NCBI GenBank assembly: GCA_945870025.1
Contig: CAMBQN010000002.1
Coordinates: 6,994-70,993, forward strand
Length of the DNA: 64,000 nucleotides
DNA from: Akkermansia muciniphila
GTDB lineage: Bacteria; Verrucomicrobiota; Kiritimatiellia; RFP12; JAAYNR01
Direction of reading: 5' to 3'
Position numbers and translations under genes: made by a program. The notes under the pieces are model-generated. The model was not told where the DNA came from. It did no database searches and worked only from the letters and a program-made list of their open reading frames with translations. Shown here piece by piece: positions 1 to 9,853 of this stretch (position 1 is the first letter of the stretch; the number at the start of each line of letters is the position of its first letter).

Positions 1-165
1 ATTGACCCGGAATTGTGTACCGGTTGCACGCTCTGCGCGCGCAAGTGTCCGACGGGCTGCATTTCCGGCAAAGTCAAAGATGCGCACGTCATCGACCAGA
101 CGACGTGCATCCATTGTGGCGCCTGCTTTGACGCCTGCAGGTTCAGCGCTGTTTGCAAGAAATAA
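1..165 (+). CDS. 3' end of NuoF/HydB-like NADH-binding subunit (C-terminal 2x[4Fe-4S] domain), partial at window edge
   Basis: Frame 1 reads IDPELCTGCTLCARKCPTGCISGKVKDAHVIDQTTCIHCGACFDACRFSAVCKK*, with two CxxCxxCxxxC motifs. It lies directly upstream of fdhA and is missing from the ORF track. Confidence 0.85.
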   Translation: MDPELCTGCTLCARKCPTGCISGKVKDAHVIDQTTCIHCGACFDACRFSAVCKK

Positions 166-191
166 ACCGCTTTTCAGGAGAACGTTCTGCC

Positions 192-2936
192 ATGAGCGAC
201 ACCATCACGTTATGGATTGATAAACAACCGATCACGGCCATCAAAGGGGAGACCATTCTGGAGGCGGCCCTGCGCAACGGTATCGAGATCCCCAACTTGT
301 GCTACAACAAGAAGGTTTCACATACCGCTTCCTGTCGGTTATGCATTGTAAACATTGCAGGCCGACCGGGTGCCATTCCGGCCTGCACGACCCCGGCCGA
401 AGAAGGGATGACTATCACCTGCTTCAGTCCCGCGCTGGAGAAGGTGCGGCGCACCACGCTTGATCTGGCGCTGTCCAATCACAACGACGACTGCATCTCT
501 TGCGTCAAGGACGCATCCTGTCAGTTGCAGGATCTGGCTTTCCGCTACAACCTCGGTTTCAAGGATCGCCAATTCCCGCCCATTTGGGAGGAGCTGAATA
601 AAACGTCGGATTTCAGCAGCCAGGTGTTGAATTACGATGCCTCCAAGTGCATCCAATGCAAGCGGTGCATCAAGGCCTGCTCCGAATTGCAAGGCAAAGG
701 CGTGCTGACCTTTGTGAACCGCGGCATCCGCACGACGGTGGGGACGGGTTACGCCGAGTGGAAAGATTCCAAATGCGACGGCTGCGGGGAATGCGCTCAG
801 ATCTGTCCCGTAGGCGCCATCACCGTCAAACAGTTCTATGGCCCGCGCACACGTATCCGCCAGAAAGATATTGAACGCGTCGTGCGCACCACGTGCCCGT
901 ATTGCGGCGTGGGGTGTCAACTGGATGTTGCCACGCGCCGGTGTTTCAGCGAGGGGGTGGGCAGCAAGGATCTCATGATCCAGGTCACGGGCGCAGACGT
1001 CGTTCCCAACTATGGAAGAACCTGCGTCAAGGGGCGTTTTGGACTCGATTTTGTCACCCGCCCGGATCGGCTCAAGCGCCCGATGATCCGCAAAGAGGGC
1101 AAACTGGTCGAGGTGGAGTGGCCGGAGGCGATCAGCTACACCGCTCATCGCCTGAGTGAGATCCGAGCGAAACACGGGCCTGCGGCGATTGCCGGCCTGT
1201 CGTCAGCCCGTTGCACCAATGAGGAAAATTACCTCTTCCAGAAATTCATCCGATCGAGCATCGGCAGCCCGCACATCGACCATTGCGCCCGTCTCTGCCA
1301 TGCCTCGACCGTTGCCGGACTGGCGATTACGCTGGGCTCCGGCGCCATGACCAACTCCATCGCGGAACTGGAACATGCCTCGGTGATCCTGGTGACCGGA
1401 TCGAACACCACCGAGACGCACCCGGTCATCGCCACCTACATCAAACGCGCGGTGCTCCACCACAAGGCCAAGCTGATCGTGGTCGACCCCCGTGAGATCG
1501 ACCTCTGTCGCTTTGCAACGCTCTGGCTGCGCCAGCGCAATGGAACCGACATCGCCTGGATCAACGGCATGGTGCAGGCCATCATCGAGAACGGATGGGA
1601 AAACAAGGCCTTCATCGCGTCTCACACGGAGAACTTCGACGCCACGCGTGAGGTCATGAAGAAGTACGATGCGAAGACCGTTGAGCATCTGACCGGCATC
1701 CCAGCGGCGCAACTGGTGAAGGCGGCGAAGCTCTTTGCCCAGGCCAAGACCGCCTCCATCGTCTATTCTATGGGAATCACGCAGCATGCCCACGGCACGG
1801 ACAATGTCAAGGCGATCTCCAACCTGGCGCTCGTTGCCGGCCAGATCGGCCGCGAAAGCACCGGCGTCAACCCCCTGCGCGGTCAAAATAACGTGCAGGG
1901 CGCCTGCGACATGGGCGCGCTTCCGAATGTCTTCCCGGGTTATCAGAAGGTGGACGACGCCACCGCGCACGACAAGTTTGCGACGGCGTGGCACAACAAG
2001 CACCTGCCCGAAAAGGTCGGCATGACGGTCACGGAGATCATGGGCGCCGCACACGATGGGACTGTCAAGGCGCTCTATATCATGGGCGAGAACCCGATGA
2101 TCTCAGACCCGGATATCACCCATGTCAAAGCATCGCTGGCCCATCTTGAATGCTTGATTGTCCAGGACATTTTCCTGACGGAAACGGCTGAATTGGCCGA
2201 TGTGGTTCTGCCCGCCTCTTCGTTTGCCGAGAAGACCGGCACGTATACCAACACCGAGCGCCGCATCCTGCCGCTGGCCCGGATCGTCGATCCGCCGGGC
2301 GACGCACGCGCCGATTGGGAGATCGTGCAGAGTCTGGCGCAAGCCCTCGGTCATGCGTGGAACTATGATGACACAAACGACATTCTTCGCGAGATCAATG
2401 CGCTCGTGCCACAGTACGCCGGCATCACGCCCGAGCGTCTGGCGGCGGGCGAGCGCCTGCAATGGCCATGCCCCTCCGTCACGCACCCGGGAACCCGCTT
2501 CTTGCACAAGGACGGGGCGTTCTCGCGCGGCAAGGGTCTGTTCTCCGCAGTCGACCATATCGCGGCCAAGGAGCAGCCTTGTGCCGAGTATCCGTTCGTT
2601 CTCAATACCGGTCGCATGCTTTATCATTACCATACCTGCTCCATGACCCGACGCACGGAAGCCCTTCCGCGCTACGTCAAGGATGCGTACATGGAGATGT
2701 GCAAAGCCGATTGCGATGCGCTGGGCGTTGCGCACGGCGAGATCGTCCGCGTCTCGTCCAGGCGGGGCGCGATCAACATCCCCGTGAAGCTGACGGAGAT
2801 TGTGGCGGTGGGCAGCGTGTTCATCCCGTTCCACTTCGCCGAGGCTGCCGCGAACGTCCTCACCAACACGGCCATCGATCCCACGGCCAAAATTCCTGAA
2901 TTGAAGGTTTGCGCCGTCAAGATCGAGAAACTCTAA
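192..2936 (+). CDS. fdhA: Formate dehydrogenase alpha subunit (Mo/W-bisPGD; NuoG-like N-terminal Fe-S domains), Cys-type
   Basis: N-terminal 2Fe-2S and 4Fe-4S motifs, TTCPYCGVGC, CARLCH (Cys, not Sec), LRGQNNVQGACDMG, C-terminal PELKVCAV. AGGAG RBS precedes ATG 192. Confidence 0.95.
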   Translation: MSDTITLWIDKQPITAIKGETILEAALRNGIEIPNLCYNKKVSHTASCRLCIVNIAGRPGAIPACTTPAEEGMTITCFSPALEKVRRTTLDLALSNHNDDCISCVKDASCQLQDLAFRYNLGFKDRQFPPIWEELNKTSDFSSQVLNYDASKCIQCKRCIKACSELQGKGVLTFVNRGIRTTVGTGYAEWKDSKCDGCGECAQICPVGAITVKQFYGPRTRIRQKDIERVVRTTCPYCGVGCQLDVATRRCFSEGVGSKDLMIQVTGADVVPNYGRTCVKGRFGLDFVTRPDRLKRPMIRKEGKLVEVEWPEAISYTAHRLSEIRAKHGPAAIAGLSSARCTNEENYLFQKFIRSSIGSPHIDHCARLCHASTVAGLAITLGSGAMTNSIAELEHASVILVTGSNTTETHPVIATYIKRAVLHHKAKLIVVDPREIDLCRFATLWLRQRNGTDIAWINGMVQAIIENGWENKAFIASHTENFDATREVMKKYDAKTVEHLTGIPAAQLVKAAKLFAQAKTASIVYSMGITQHAHGTDNVKAISNLALVAGQIGRESTGVNPLRGQNNVQGACDMGALPNVFPGYQKVDDATAHDKFATAWHNKHLPEKVGMTVTEIMGAAHDGTVKALYIMGENPMISDPDITHVKASLAHLECLIVQDIFLTETAELADVVLPASSFAEKTGTYTNTERRILPLARIVDPPGDARADWEIVQSLAQALGHAWNYDDTNDILREINALVPQYAGITPERLAAGERLQWPCPSVTHPGTRFLHKDGAFSRGKGLFSAVDHIAAKEQPCAEYPFVLNTGRMLYHYHTCSMTRRTEALPRYVKDAYMEMCKADCDALGVAHGEIVRVSSRRGAINIPVKLTEIVAVGSVFIPFHFAEAAANVLTNTAIDPTAKIPELKVCAVKIEKL

Positions 2937-2970
2937 ACACGTTTTCACCCCCACACGAACAAGGATACGA

Positions 2971-4299
2971 ATGAACACGAAGAACCGCTCACTGAATGCG
3001 TCCGTCGCACAAGGCAAGGTCATGAACCGCTGGCTGATCGCCATCATGGGCACGCTGTTGCAGGTGTGTCTCGGGACGGTTTACGCATGGAGCTTTTTTC
3101 AGAAGCCGATCATGGCTGAATTCGGATGGAACAATGCTCAGGTGATGTGGATCTTCAGTCTGGCGATTTGTTTTCTCGGCCTTTCCGCCGCCTGGGGCGG
3201 CATCAATCTGGCCAAGATCGGTCCCACCAAGCTGGCGATGGCTGGCGGCGTGCTCTATGGCCTCGGTTATCTGCTGGCGGCGCTGGCCATGCAGCAGAAG
3301 AGCCTGGTGCTGTTCTATCTCGCGTTTGGCGTGATCGGCGGCTGCGGCTTGGGGTTGGGCTATGTGACGCCCGTCGCGACTTCCGCCAAGTGGTTCCCTG
3401 ACAAGAAGGGGTTCATCACCGGCATGGTTGTGATGGGCTTCGGACTCGGCGCGCTGTTCATGTCCAAAGTTCTGGCTCCCATCCTGATGAAGTCGTTTGA
3501 CGGCAATTTGGTCACTGTCTTTGGCTGCATCGGCATCACGATGTTGATTCTGGCCACCGCCGCCGGGTCTTTCATGCGCAACCCGCCCAAGGGCTACGTG
3601 CCCGCCGGCTACACCCCGCCCGCGACCTCGGCCGCCGCCCAAGCTGCCGGTGACGCCACCACGGCCAAGGACTGCGTCGTCTCGTTGCCGTTCATCACCG
3701 TCTGGCTGTTCTTCTTCGCCAATATCTGCGCAGGCATCATGTTCATCGGCATGCAGTCCCCCATGCTTCAGGATCTGCTCAAAGTCGGCGAAAAATACGC
3801 CAACCTGGATCCTGCCGCCGCCAAGGTCGCACTCGCTGGCGCTGGCGCCACGCTGATCGCTATCAGTTCGCTCTTCAACGGCGTCGGTCGCTTCTTCTGG
3901 GGCGGGCTGTCGGACAAGATCGGGCGCGTCAAAACCTTTCGGATCATTCTGGCATCCCAGATTTTTGTGTTTGCCGCCTTGACCCAAGTCACCAACCCCT
4001 GGCTCTTCGGCATTCTCGTCTGCTACGTGTTGCTCTGCTACGGCGGCGGCTTCGGAACCGCTCCGTCTACCGTCCTGACGATCTTCGGCGCGCGCCTGAT
4101 GCCCGTCGTTTACGGCATCCTCCTGACCGCGTGGTCGACGGCCGGCATTGTCGGCCCCCAAATCGCCGCCATGATCAAGGACAAGTTCCCGGCGCATGCA
4201 CCGCTCTACACCTTCGTGACCGGTGCGATTGTTTTGACCTGCGGCTTCGCTCTCACCTTCCTCGTCAACGACAAGCCGTTCCATAAGAAATCCTTGTAA
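2971..4299 (+). CDS. OFA-family (oxalate/formate antiporter-like) MFS transporter
   Basis: Many hydrophobic segments; GTVYAWS, KWFPDKKGFITG, NGVGRFFWGGLSDKIGR, YGGGFG. Confidence 0.9.
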   Translation: MNTKNRSLNASVAQGKVMNRWLIAIMGTLLQVCLGTVYAWSFFQKPIMAEFGWNNAQVMWIFSLAICFLGLSAAWGGINLAKIGPTKLAMAGGVLYGLGYLLAALAMQQKSLVLFYLAFGVIGGCGLGLGYVTPVATSAKWFPDKKGFITGMVVMGFGLGALFMSKVLAPILMKSFDGNLVTVFGCIGITMLILATAAGSFMRNPPKGYVPAGYTPPATSAAAQAAGDATTAKDCVVSLPFITVWLFFFANICAGIMFIGMQSPMLQDLLKVGEKYANLDPAAAKVALAGAGATLIAISSLFNGVGRFFWGGLSDKIGRVKTFRIILASQIFVFAALTQVTNPWLFGILVCYVLLCYGGGFGTAPSTVLTIFGARLMPVVYGILLTAWSTAGIVGPQIAAMIKDKFPAHAPLYTFVTGAIVLTCGFALTFLVNDKPFHKKSL

Positions 4300-4302
4300 G
4301 AC

Positions 4303-4336
4303 AAAGAATGGGGAGCTTTCCGGCTCCCCATTCTTT
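4303..4336 (+). terminator. Hairpin terminator after the fdh-MFS operon
   Basis: Perfect 14-bp stem AAAGAATGGGGAGC-tttccg-GCTCCCCATTCTTT right after the stop codon. Confidence 0.75.
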
Positions 4337-4343
4337 GGCCATT

Positions 4344-4367
4344 CGATATGTTACGCCATGCATAACG
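4344..4367. promoter_or_regulatory. Putative ModE-box operator overlapping the modE start
   Basis: CGATATG-N10-CATAACG inverted repeat resembling the CGTTAT...ATAACG ModE motif, at the head of the modE-wtp-moco operon. Confidence 0.55.
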
Positions 4368-4744
4368 CATCTCCACACCTTCCGGATCCAGCCGCCGATC
4401 TCCAGCCCAACTTCCGGCTCTGGATTTATTCCCCCATGCGTCAGGGAGTCTTCGGTGACGGCAAGGTTCGGCTGTTGGAGACCATCGCGCGCACCGGCTC
4501 GCTCCAACTCGCTGCCCGGGACCTCGGCATCAGCTACCGCAAGGCGTGGGGCGACTTGAAGAAGGCCGAATCCTGTCTGGCCAAGCCTCTGATCCTGCGC
4601 GTAAGGGGGGGCAAAGGCGGCGGCCGGACAACCCTCACCCCGCAGGGAGACCGGATCATCCAGGCTTTCCAGCAGTTCCGTATGACTGTCGAGCGGCACA
4701 CGCTCACCGCCTTCAATACACTCAAAGGAGAACTCAACCCATGA
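4358..4744 (+). CDS. modE: ModE-family winged-helix regulator (HTH-only form)
   Basis: FGDGKVRLLETIARTGSLQLAARDLGISYRKAW...RGGKGGGRTTLT. Confidence 0.9.
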   Translation: MHNASPHLPDPAADLQPNFRLWIYSPMRQGVFGDGKVRLLETIARTGSLQLAARDLGISYRKAWGDLKKAESCLAKPLILRVRGGKGGGRTTLTPQGDRIIQAFQQFRMTVERHTLTAFNTLKGELNP

Positions 4745-5697
4745 TCCAGAAACTCGTGGCCCTGTCCCTCATACTTGGAATGATCGGGTCCGCCCGCTGC
4801 GAAGAAGCGCCCGGCGGCAAGTTGATCGTCTTTCATGCTGGCAGCCTCTCCGTGCCGTTCAAGCAGATCGGCCAGGCCTTCAACAAGCAATACCCAGACG
4901 TCGAAATTCTGTTCGAAAGTGCCGGGTCCCTCGATTGCGCACGCAAAATCAGCGACCTGAACCGCCCTTGCGACGTCTTCGCCTCGGCCGACTATCTCGT
5001 GATCGATAAGCTCCTGATCCCGGCCCATGCGGAGTGGAACATCAAGTTCGCGGCCAATGAAATGACCCTCGTCTATCACGACACGTCGCGACGGAGCGCC
5101 GAGCTGACCGCAACGAACTGGTTCACGATCCTGCAGGATCCGGCGGTGGCATTCGGCCGCGCCAATCCCAACGCCGACCCCTGCGGCTATCGCGCCGTAT
5201 TATCCATGCAATTGGCTGAAAAGCACTACCAAAAGCCCGGGCTGGCCGATGCCCTGCTCAAGAAGGACGCGAACTATATCCGCCCCAAGGAAGTCGACCT
5301 GCTGGCCCTGCTTGAATCCGGCACCATCGACTATATTTTTCTTTACCGTTCCGTGGCGGTGCAGCATGGCCTGAACTACCTGCTCCTGCCCGATCCGATC
5401 AACCTGAAGAAGGCGGAACTGGCGGAGCACTACGCTCAGGCATCGGTCCAGCTCTCCGGAAAAAAGCCAGGCGAATATGTTACTCAGAAGGGCGAGCCCA
5501 TGGTCTACGGCATCACCATACCGACCCGCGCGCCCAACCCGGTGGCCGCGCGGGCCTTCGTGAAGTTCGTGCTGACTCGGGATCACGGCATGAAGATCAT
5601 TGAGACCCTCGGCCAGCCGTCCGTCGTCCCCTCCCCCTGCAGCGCGTGGGAAAAACTGCCGGTCGATCTGCAGCCGTTCGCGACGCCCCGCAAATAG
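4741..5697 (+). CDS. wtpA: Tungstate/molybdate ABC transporter substrate-binding protein WtpA
   Basis: Signal peptide, FHAGSLSVPF, SADY, PNADPCGYR, RPKEVDL, YRSVA. ATG 4741 overlaps the modE stop (the upstream extension in the ORF track is spurious). Confidence 0.9.
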   Translation: MIQKLVALSLILGMIGSARCEEAPGGKLIVFHAGSLSVPFKQIGQAFNKQYPDVEILFESAGSLDCARKISDLNRPCDVFASADYLVIDKLLIPAHAEWNIKFAANEMTLVYHDTSRRSAELTATNWFTILQDPAVAFGRANPNADPCGYRAVLSMQLAEKHYQKPGLADALLKKDANYIRPKEVDLLALLESGTIDYIFLYRSVAVQHGLNYLLLPDPINLKKAELAEHYAQASVQLSGKKPGEYVTQKGEPMVYGITIPTRAPNPVAARAFVKFVLTRDHGMKIIETLGQPSVVPSPCSAWEKLPVDLQPFATPRK

Positions 5698-5708
5698 GAA
5701 CCCTGTTC

Positions 5709-6506
5709 ATGCGTTCCTCTCACCAACCCTCCTATTTCGAACTCGCGCTCTGGTTCTGCGGCGCGCTGGTTCTGCTGTTTGTCGTGGCACCGCTGGCGGG
5801 CATGGCGCTGCACAGCTCCTGGCCGTCGCTTCGCGAGACGGCAGCGGATGCGGAGGTGCAGCGCAGCATCCGCCTCACCCTGCTGACCTCGCTGGCCGGC
5901 ACGCTGGTGTTCTCGCTCATCGCCATCCCCTTTGCCTGGCTTCTCGCGCGCCACACCTTTCCCGGTAAGCGGTTCCTTCTCGGTTTGATCGATCTGCCGA
6001 TCGTCATTCCCCACTCCACGGCGGGCATCGCACTCCTCGGTGTGCTCAACCGCGACTCACCCGCGGGCCGCATCGCGGAAAGCCTGGGCTTTTCCTTCAT
6101 CGGGCACCCGGCCGGCATTGCGGTGGCCATGGCCTTCGTCAGCAGCCCCTTTCTCATCAATGCCGCCCGGGACGGGTTTGCCGCCGTTCCCGAGCGCCTG
6201 GAAAAGAGCGCACTGACGCTCGGAGCCTCGCCGGGGCGTGTCTTTTTCACCATCTCGCTGCCGCTCGCCAGCCGCTCGCTCCTGACCGGTTTCGTCATGA
6301 TGTTCGCCCGGGGGCTCAGCGAGTTTGGCGCGGTGCTCATCGTGGCCTATCATCCGATGATCACGCCCATCCTGATTTACGAGCGATTCACCTCCTTCGG
6401 GCTCTCCTACGCCCGCAGCGTGGCCGTCCTGTTCCTGGCGATCTGCCTGCTGGTGTTCATCGTGCTTCGCCTCGTGTCAGGAGGGCCACGCCATGCTGAC
6501 CGTTGA
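5709..6506 (+). CDS. wtpB: Tungstate ABC transporter permease WtpB
   Basis: DLPIVIPHSTAGIALL, EAA-like loop LEKSALTLGAS, ARGLSEFGAV. Confidence 0.88.
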   Translation: MRSSHQPSYFELALWFCGALVLLFVVAPLAGMALHSSWPSLRETAADAEVQRSIRLTLLTSLAGTLVFSLIAIPFAWLLARHTFPGKRFLLGLIDLPIVIPHSTAGIALLGVLNRDSPAGRIAESLGFSFIGHPAGIAVAMAFVSSPFLINAARDGFAAVPERLEKSALTLGASPGRVFFTISLPLASRSLLTGFVMMFARGLSEFGAVLIVAYHPMITPILIYERFTSFGLSYARSVAVLFLAICLLVFIVLRLVSGGPRHADR

Positions 6507-7554
6507 CGCACTCGCCTGCCATCTCGGCGGCTTTGAGCTGCACGACGCCACCTTCCGCGTGGATGCCGGCGATTATTTCGTCCTGCTGGGCGCGTCCGGC
6601 GCCGGCAAGACCGTGCTGCTGGAACTGTTGGCCGGACTTCTCGTTCCGGATCGCGGACAGCTCACGTTCGACGGCCGCGACATCACCCGCTGCCCCATCC
6701 AAAAACGCCCCTTCGGCCTGGTCTATCAGGATCACGTCCTGTTTCCCCACCTGACCGTGCGCCGGAATATCGCCTACGCCCTTCCCCGGTCCAGCCATTC
6801 CGAGGTCGAACGCCTGGCCGATCAGGTCGGAGCCGGAGCCCTGCTGGACCGCGCACCCGGCACCTTGTCTCTGGGCGAGGCCCAACGTGTCGCCATCGCC
6901 CGCACCCTTGCCCACCGTCCGCGCGTCTTGATGCTCGACGAGCCGCTGGCCTCGTTGGACGTTCAGGCGCGTACCGGCATCCGCGCGCTCCTCCGCCGTC
7001 TCCATGCGGCCGGACAAACCATCATCCACGTCACGCATGATTACGAGGAGGCGCTGGCGCTGGCCTCTCGCGTGGCGGTGCTCGAAGCAGGCCGCATCGT
7101 CCAAGTCGGCACGCCGGAGGAGGTCTTCCACCACCCCCGCTCTCAATTCATCGCCCGCTTCGTGGGAATCAAGAACTTCTTCCGCGGCCGGCTCGTGACA
7201 ACGGGCGGCCGCGCGCAGTTCGAGACCGCCGGCGTCCGCTTCGCCGTTGCGGCTGAGGCGTCGGACGGCTCCGGTTGCGCCGTGTTCGAGAGCAACGCCG
7301 TCACCGTCTCGCTGGCCGAACCCTGCGGGAGCGCGCGCAACGTCTTTTTCGGAACGGTCACCGATCTCGAACCCGCCCCCCTCGGCATCGAGCTGACCCT
7401 CGCCTGTGGCGTCACCCTCCAGGCCCTGATTACGCGGCAGTCGCGCGACGAGATGGGGCTTGCGATCGGCACGCCGGTGTGGGCAAGCTTCAAGTCCACA
7501 AACGTCCGGTTCATTCCTGATGAGTGCCGTGAACACACCGGAGTCGCCCCATGA
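6493..7554 (+). CDS. wtpC: Tungstate ABC transporter ATPase with C-terminal TOBE domains
   Basis: Walker A GASGAGKT, LSLGEAQR, LMLDEP, VTHD, SARN TOBE motif. Confidence 0.88.
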   Translation: MLTVDALACHLGGFELHDATFRVDAGDYFVLLGASGAGKTVLLELLAGLLVPDRGQLTFDGRDITRCPIQKRPFGLVYQDHVLFPHLTVRRNIAYALPRSSHSEVERLADQVGAGALLDRAPGTLSLGEAQRVAIARTLAHRPRVLMLDEPLASLDVQARTGIRALLRRLHAAGQTIIHVTHDYEEALALASRVAVLEAGRIVQVGTPEEVFHHPRSQFIARFVGIKNFFRGRLVTTGGRAQFETAGVRFAVAAEASDGSGCAVFESNAVTVSLAEPCGSARNVFFGTVTDLEPAPLGIELTLACGVTLQALITRQSRDEMGLAIGTPVWASFKSTNVRFIPDECREHTGVAP

Positions 7555-8681
7555 CCGTTGTTCCGAACCTGTTGACTCTGGGCGCCGCCAGCCGCAATGT
7601 CGGCAAGACGGAGTTCGCCTGCGCGCTGATCCGCCGTTTTGCTCAGACGCAGCCCGTGTTCGCCGTCAAAATCACCACCGTGCAGGAGCGCGACGGGCTC
7701 TGTCCGCGAGGAGGCAAGGGATGCGGCGTCTGCTCCTCGCTGTGCGACACCTTTGACATCTCCGAGGACGACCCCGCCCACACCGATCCTAGCAAGGACA
7801 CGGCACGCATGAGGGCCGCGGGTGCCCGTCAAGTCTTCTGGCTGCGCGTGCTGCGCGATCACCTCGAAGAGGGCGTGACGGCCCTGCTCGCCCGGATTCC
7901 GCCGGGCGCCTGCACGGTGTGTGAGTCCAACTCGGTGCGTCAGGTCATCGAACCCGGCGCCTTTCTCATCATTCGCGACCCCGAAACAACGGCCATCAAG
8001 GCGTCGTGCGCGGCCGTTCTGCCCCTGGCCGACCGGATAGTAGGCTTTCACGGCGACGGCTGGGACTTCTCCCCTGATCGCTGCGCCTTCTCCAACGGCC
8101 GTTGGTCTGTTCCGCTGGCGGCAACGGTCGCGGTGCTGGCGGGAGGTCGCAGTCGGCGCATGGGCCAGGACAAGAGCCTGATGCCGTTTCGCGGGCGTCC
8201 GTTGCTGGGGCACATCCTCGATCAGCTTCGTCCACTGGCGGACGAGTTGCTGGTCGGAGCCAATGATCCAGACCGTTTTGCTTTCGCCGGGTGTCCGATC
8301 ATCCCGGACGAAGAGCCTGATCAGGGACCGCTGATGGGGATACTCTCCTGTCTGACGGCCGCGAGCCATGACCGCGTCCTGGTCACCGCGTGCGACATTC
8401 CTGAACGGCCGCTCGATTTTCTGCGCGACCTGCTGCGGCGCGCCTCCCACGCGGATATCGTCATGCCCCGCAACGCCGATGGCCGCTGCGAGCCGCTGCT
8501 CGCCGTTTACACGCGGCGGATCATCCCCGTCGTGCGCGCCGTGCTCGCACGCGGCGAGCGCCGCATCACCGCCCTTTGTGATGAACCCGGCATACGCACC
8601 GACCCCGTTCCGATGCCCCCCGGAGACTGGTACCACAATCTCAACACGCCCGAAGATTACCGGAGGATCCTGCACCCATGA
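7551..8681 (+). CDS. mobA: MobB-like P-loop domain fused to molybdenum cofactor guanylyltransferase MobA
   Basis: N-terminal GAASRNVGKT with CPRGGKGCGVC. C-terminal VLAGGRSRRMGQDKS, GPLMGI, ACD, NLNTPED. Confidence 0.85.
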   Translation: MTVVPNLLTLGAASRNVGKTEFACALIRRFAQTQPVFAVKITTVQERDGLCPRGGKGCGVCSSLCDTFDISEDDPAHTDPSKDTARMRAAGARQVFWLRVLRDHLEEGVTALLARIPPGACTVCESNSVRQVIEPGAFLIIRDPETTAIKASCAAVLPLADRIVGFHGDGWDFSPDRCAFSNGRWSVPLAATVAVLAGGRSRRMGQDKSLMPFRGRPLLGHILDQLRPLADELLVGANDPDRFAFAGCPIIPDEEPDQGPLMGILSCLTAASHDRVLVTACDIPERPLDFLRDLLRRASHADIVMPRNADGRCEPLLAVYTRRIIPVVRAVLARGERRITALCDEPGIRTDPVPMPPGDWYHNLNTPEDYRRILHP

Positions 8682-9853
8682 TCACCTACGAAGAAGCCTT
8701 GTCGCGGATGCTGGCGGCCGCTCCGCGAATGCCAGCCGAAGCCGTTGCCCTCGCCGAGGCCGACGGCCGCATCCTCGCCCAGGACGTGGTTGCCGACATG
8801 GACATGCCGCCGTTTGACAAATCGGCCATGGATGGCTACGCCTGCCGGCGTGCCGACCTCGGGCTGGGCGAATTGACCGTGATTGAGGATATTGCCGCCG
8901 GTGCCTGGCCCGCCCGAACCGTCGTCTCCGGAACCTGCGCGCGCATCTTCACCGGCGCGCCCCTGCCGCTCGGCGCCGATTGCGTCCTCATGCAGGAGCA
9001 GTCCGAACGGCGGGGCGACCGCATCCGCATTCACAACCCCGACACCGCCGACAACATCTGCCGGCGTGCCGAGGATATCCGCACGGGAGATCGCGTGCTC
9101 GCCTGCGGCGAGCGGCTCACCCCGGCCCACATCGCCGTTCTCGCGTCGGTCGGCGTCGCCCGCCCGCTCGTCGCCCGCCGTCCGCGTGTGGCCATCCTCG
9201 CCACCGGCAATGAACTCGTTCCGGTGGACGTCACGCCCGGTCCCGCCGGCATTCACAACAGCAACAGTCCGCAACTCGCGGCGCAAACTCGCGCCATGGG
9301 TGTCTGCGTGACGGATCGCGGCATTGTCGGGGACGACACCGCCACCCTCACGGCGGCCATCCACGACGCCCTAAGCGATCACGATGTACTCCTCCTCTCG
9401 GGCGGCGTCTCCACGGGCGATTACGATCTCGTTCCCGGCATACTCCGGCAGCTCGGCTTCGCCTTCGCGTTTGAGAGCGTGGCCATGCAGCCCGGTCGGC
9501 CAACCGTCTTTGCCCAGAAGGACGCGCACTTCTGCTGCGGACTTCCGGGCAATCCGGTATCGACCTTTGTGGTCTTCGAGCTTCTGGTCAAACCCTTTCT
9601 TTTTCAAATGATGGGGCACACCGTCGAGCCGCGCATCGCCACCGGCCGTCTCACGCGCCCCGTGCGTCGCCGTGCGACCGACCGGCAGGCCGCTTTTCCG
9701 GTTCGGTTCACCGCGCCCGGCGACGTGGAACCCATGACCTACCATGGCTCGGCGCACATCAACGCCCTGACACGTGCCGACGGCATCATCACGCTGCCCA
9801 TTGGAAAAGGCTGTTTTGAGGCGGGAGAACACGTCCATGTTCGATGCTTTTAA
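8678..9853 (+). CDS. moeA: Molybdopterin molybdenum/tungsten transferase MoeA
   Basis: PPFDKSAMDGYA, IFTGAPLP, TGNEL, SGGVSTGDYD, GLPGNPVS. Confidence 0.95.
   Translation: MITYEEALSRMLAAAPRMPAEAVALAEADGRILAQDVVADMDMPPFDKSAMDGYACRRADLGLGELTVIEDIAAGAWPARTVVSGTCARIFTGAPLPLGADCVLMQEQSERRGDRIRIHNPDTADNICRRAEDIRTGDRVLACGERLTPAHIAVLASVGVARPLVARRPRVAILATGNELVPVDVTPGPAGIHNSNSPQLAAQTRAMGVCVTDRGIVGDDTATLTAAIHDALSDHDVLLLSGGVSTGDYDLVPGILRQLGFAFAFESVAMQPGRPTVFAQKDAHFCCGLPGNPVSTFVVFELLVKPFLFQMMGHTVEPRIATGRLTRPVRRRATDRQAAFPVRFTAPGDVEPMTYHGSAHINALTRADGIITLPIGKGCFEAGEHVHVRCF

Noticed and set aside
192-2936. Selenocysteine-containing FDH
   Set aside because: The active-site codon is Cys (CARLCH) and the ORF has no in-frame TGA.
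4299-4358. Moco/Wco riboswitch upstream of the tungstate operon
   Set aside because: The gap is only ~60 nt and is filled by a terminator hairpin and an operator-like repeat.
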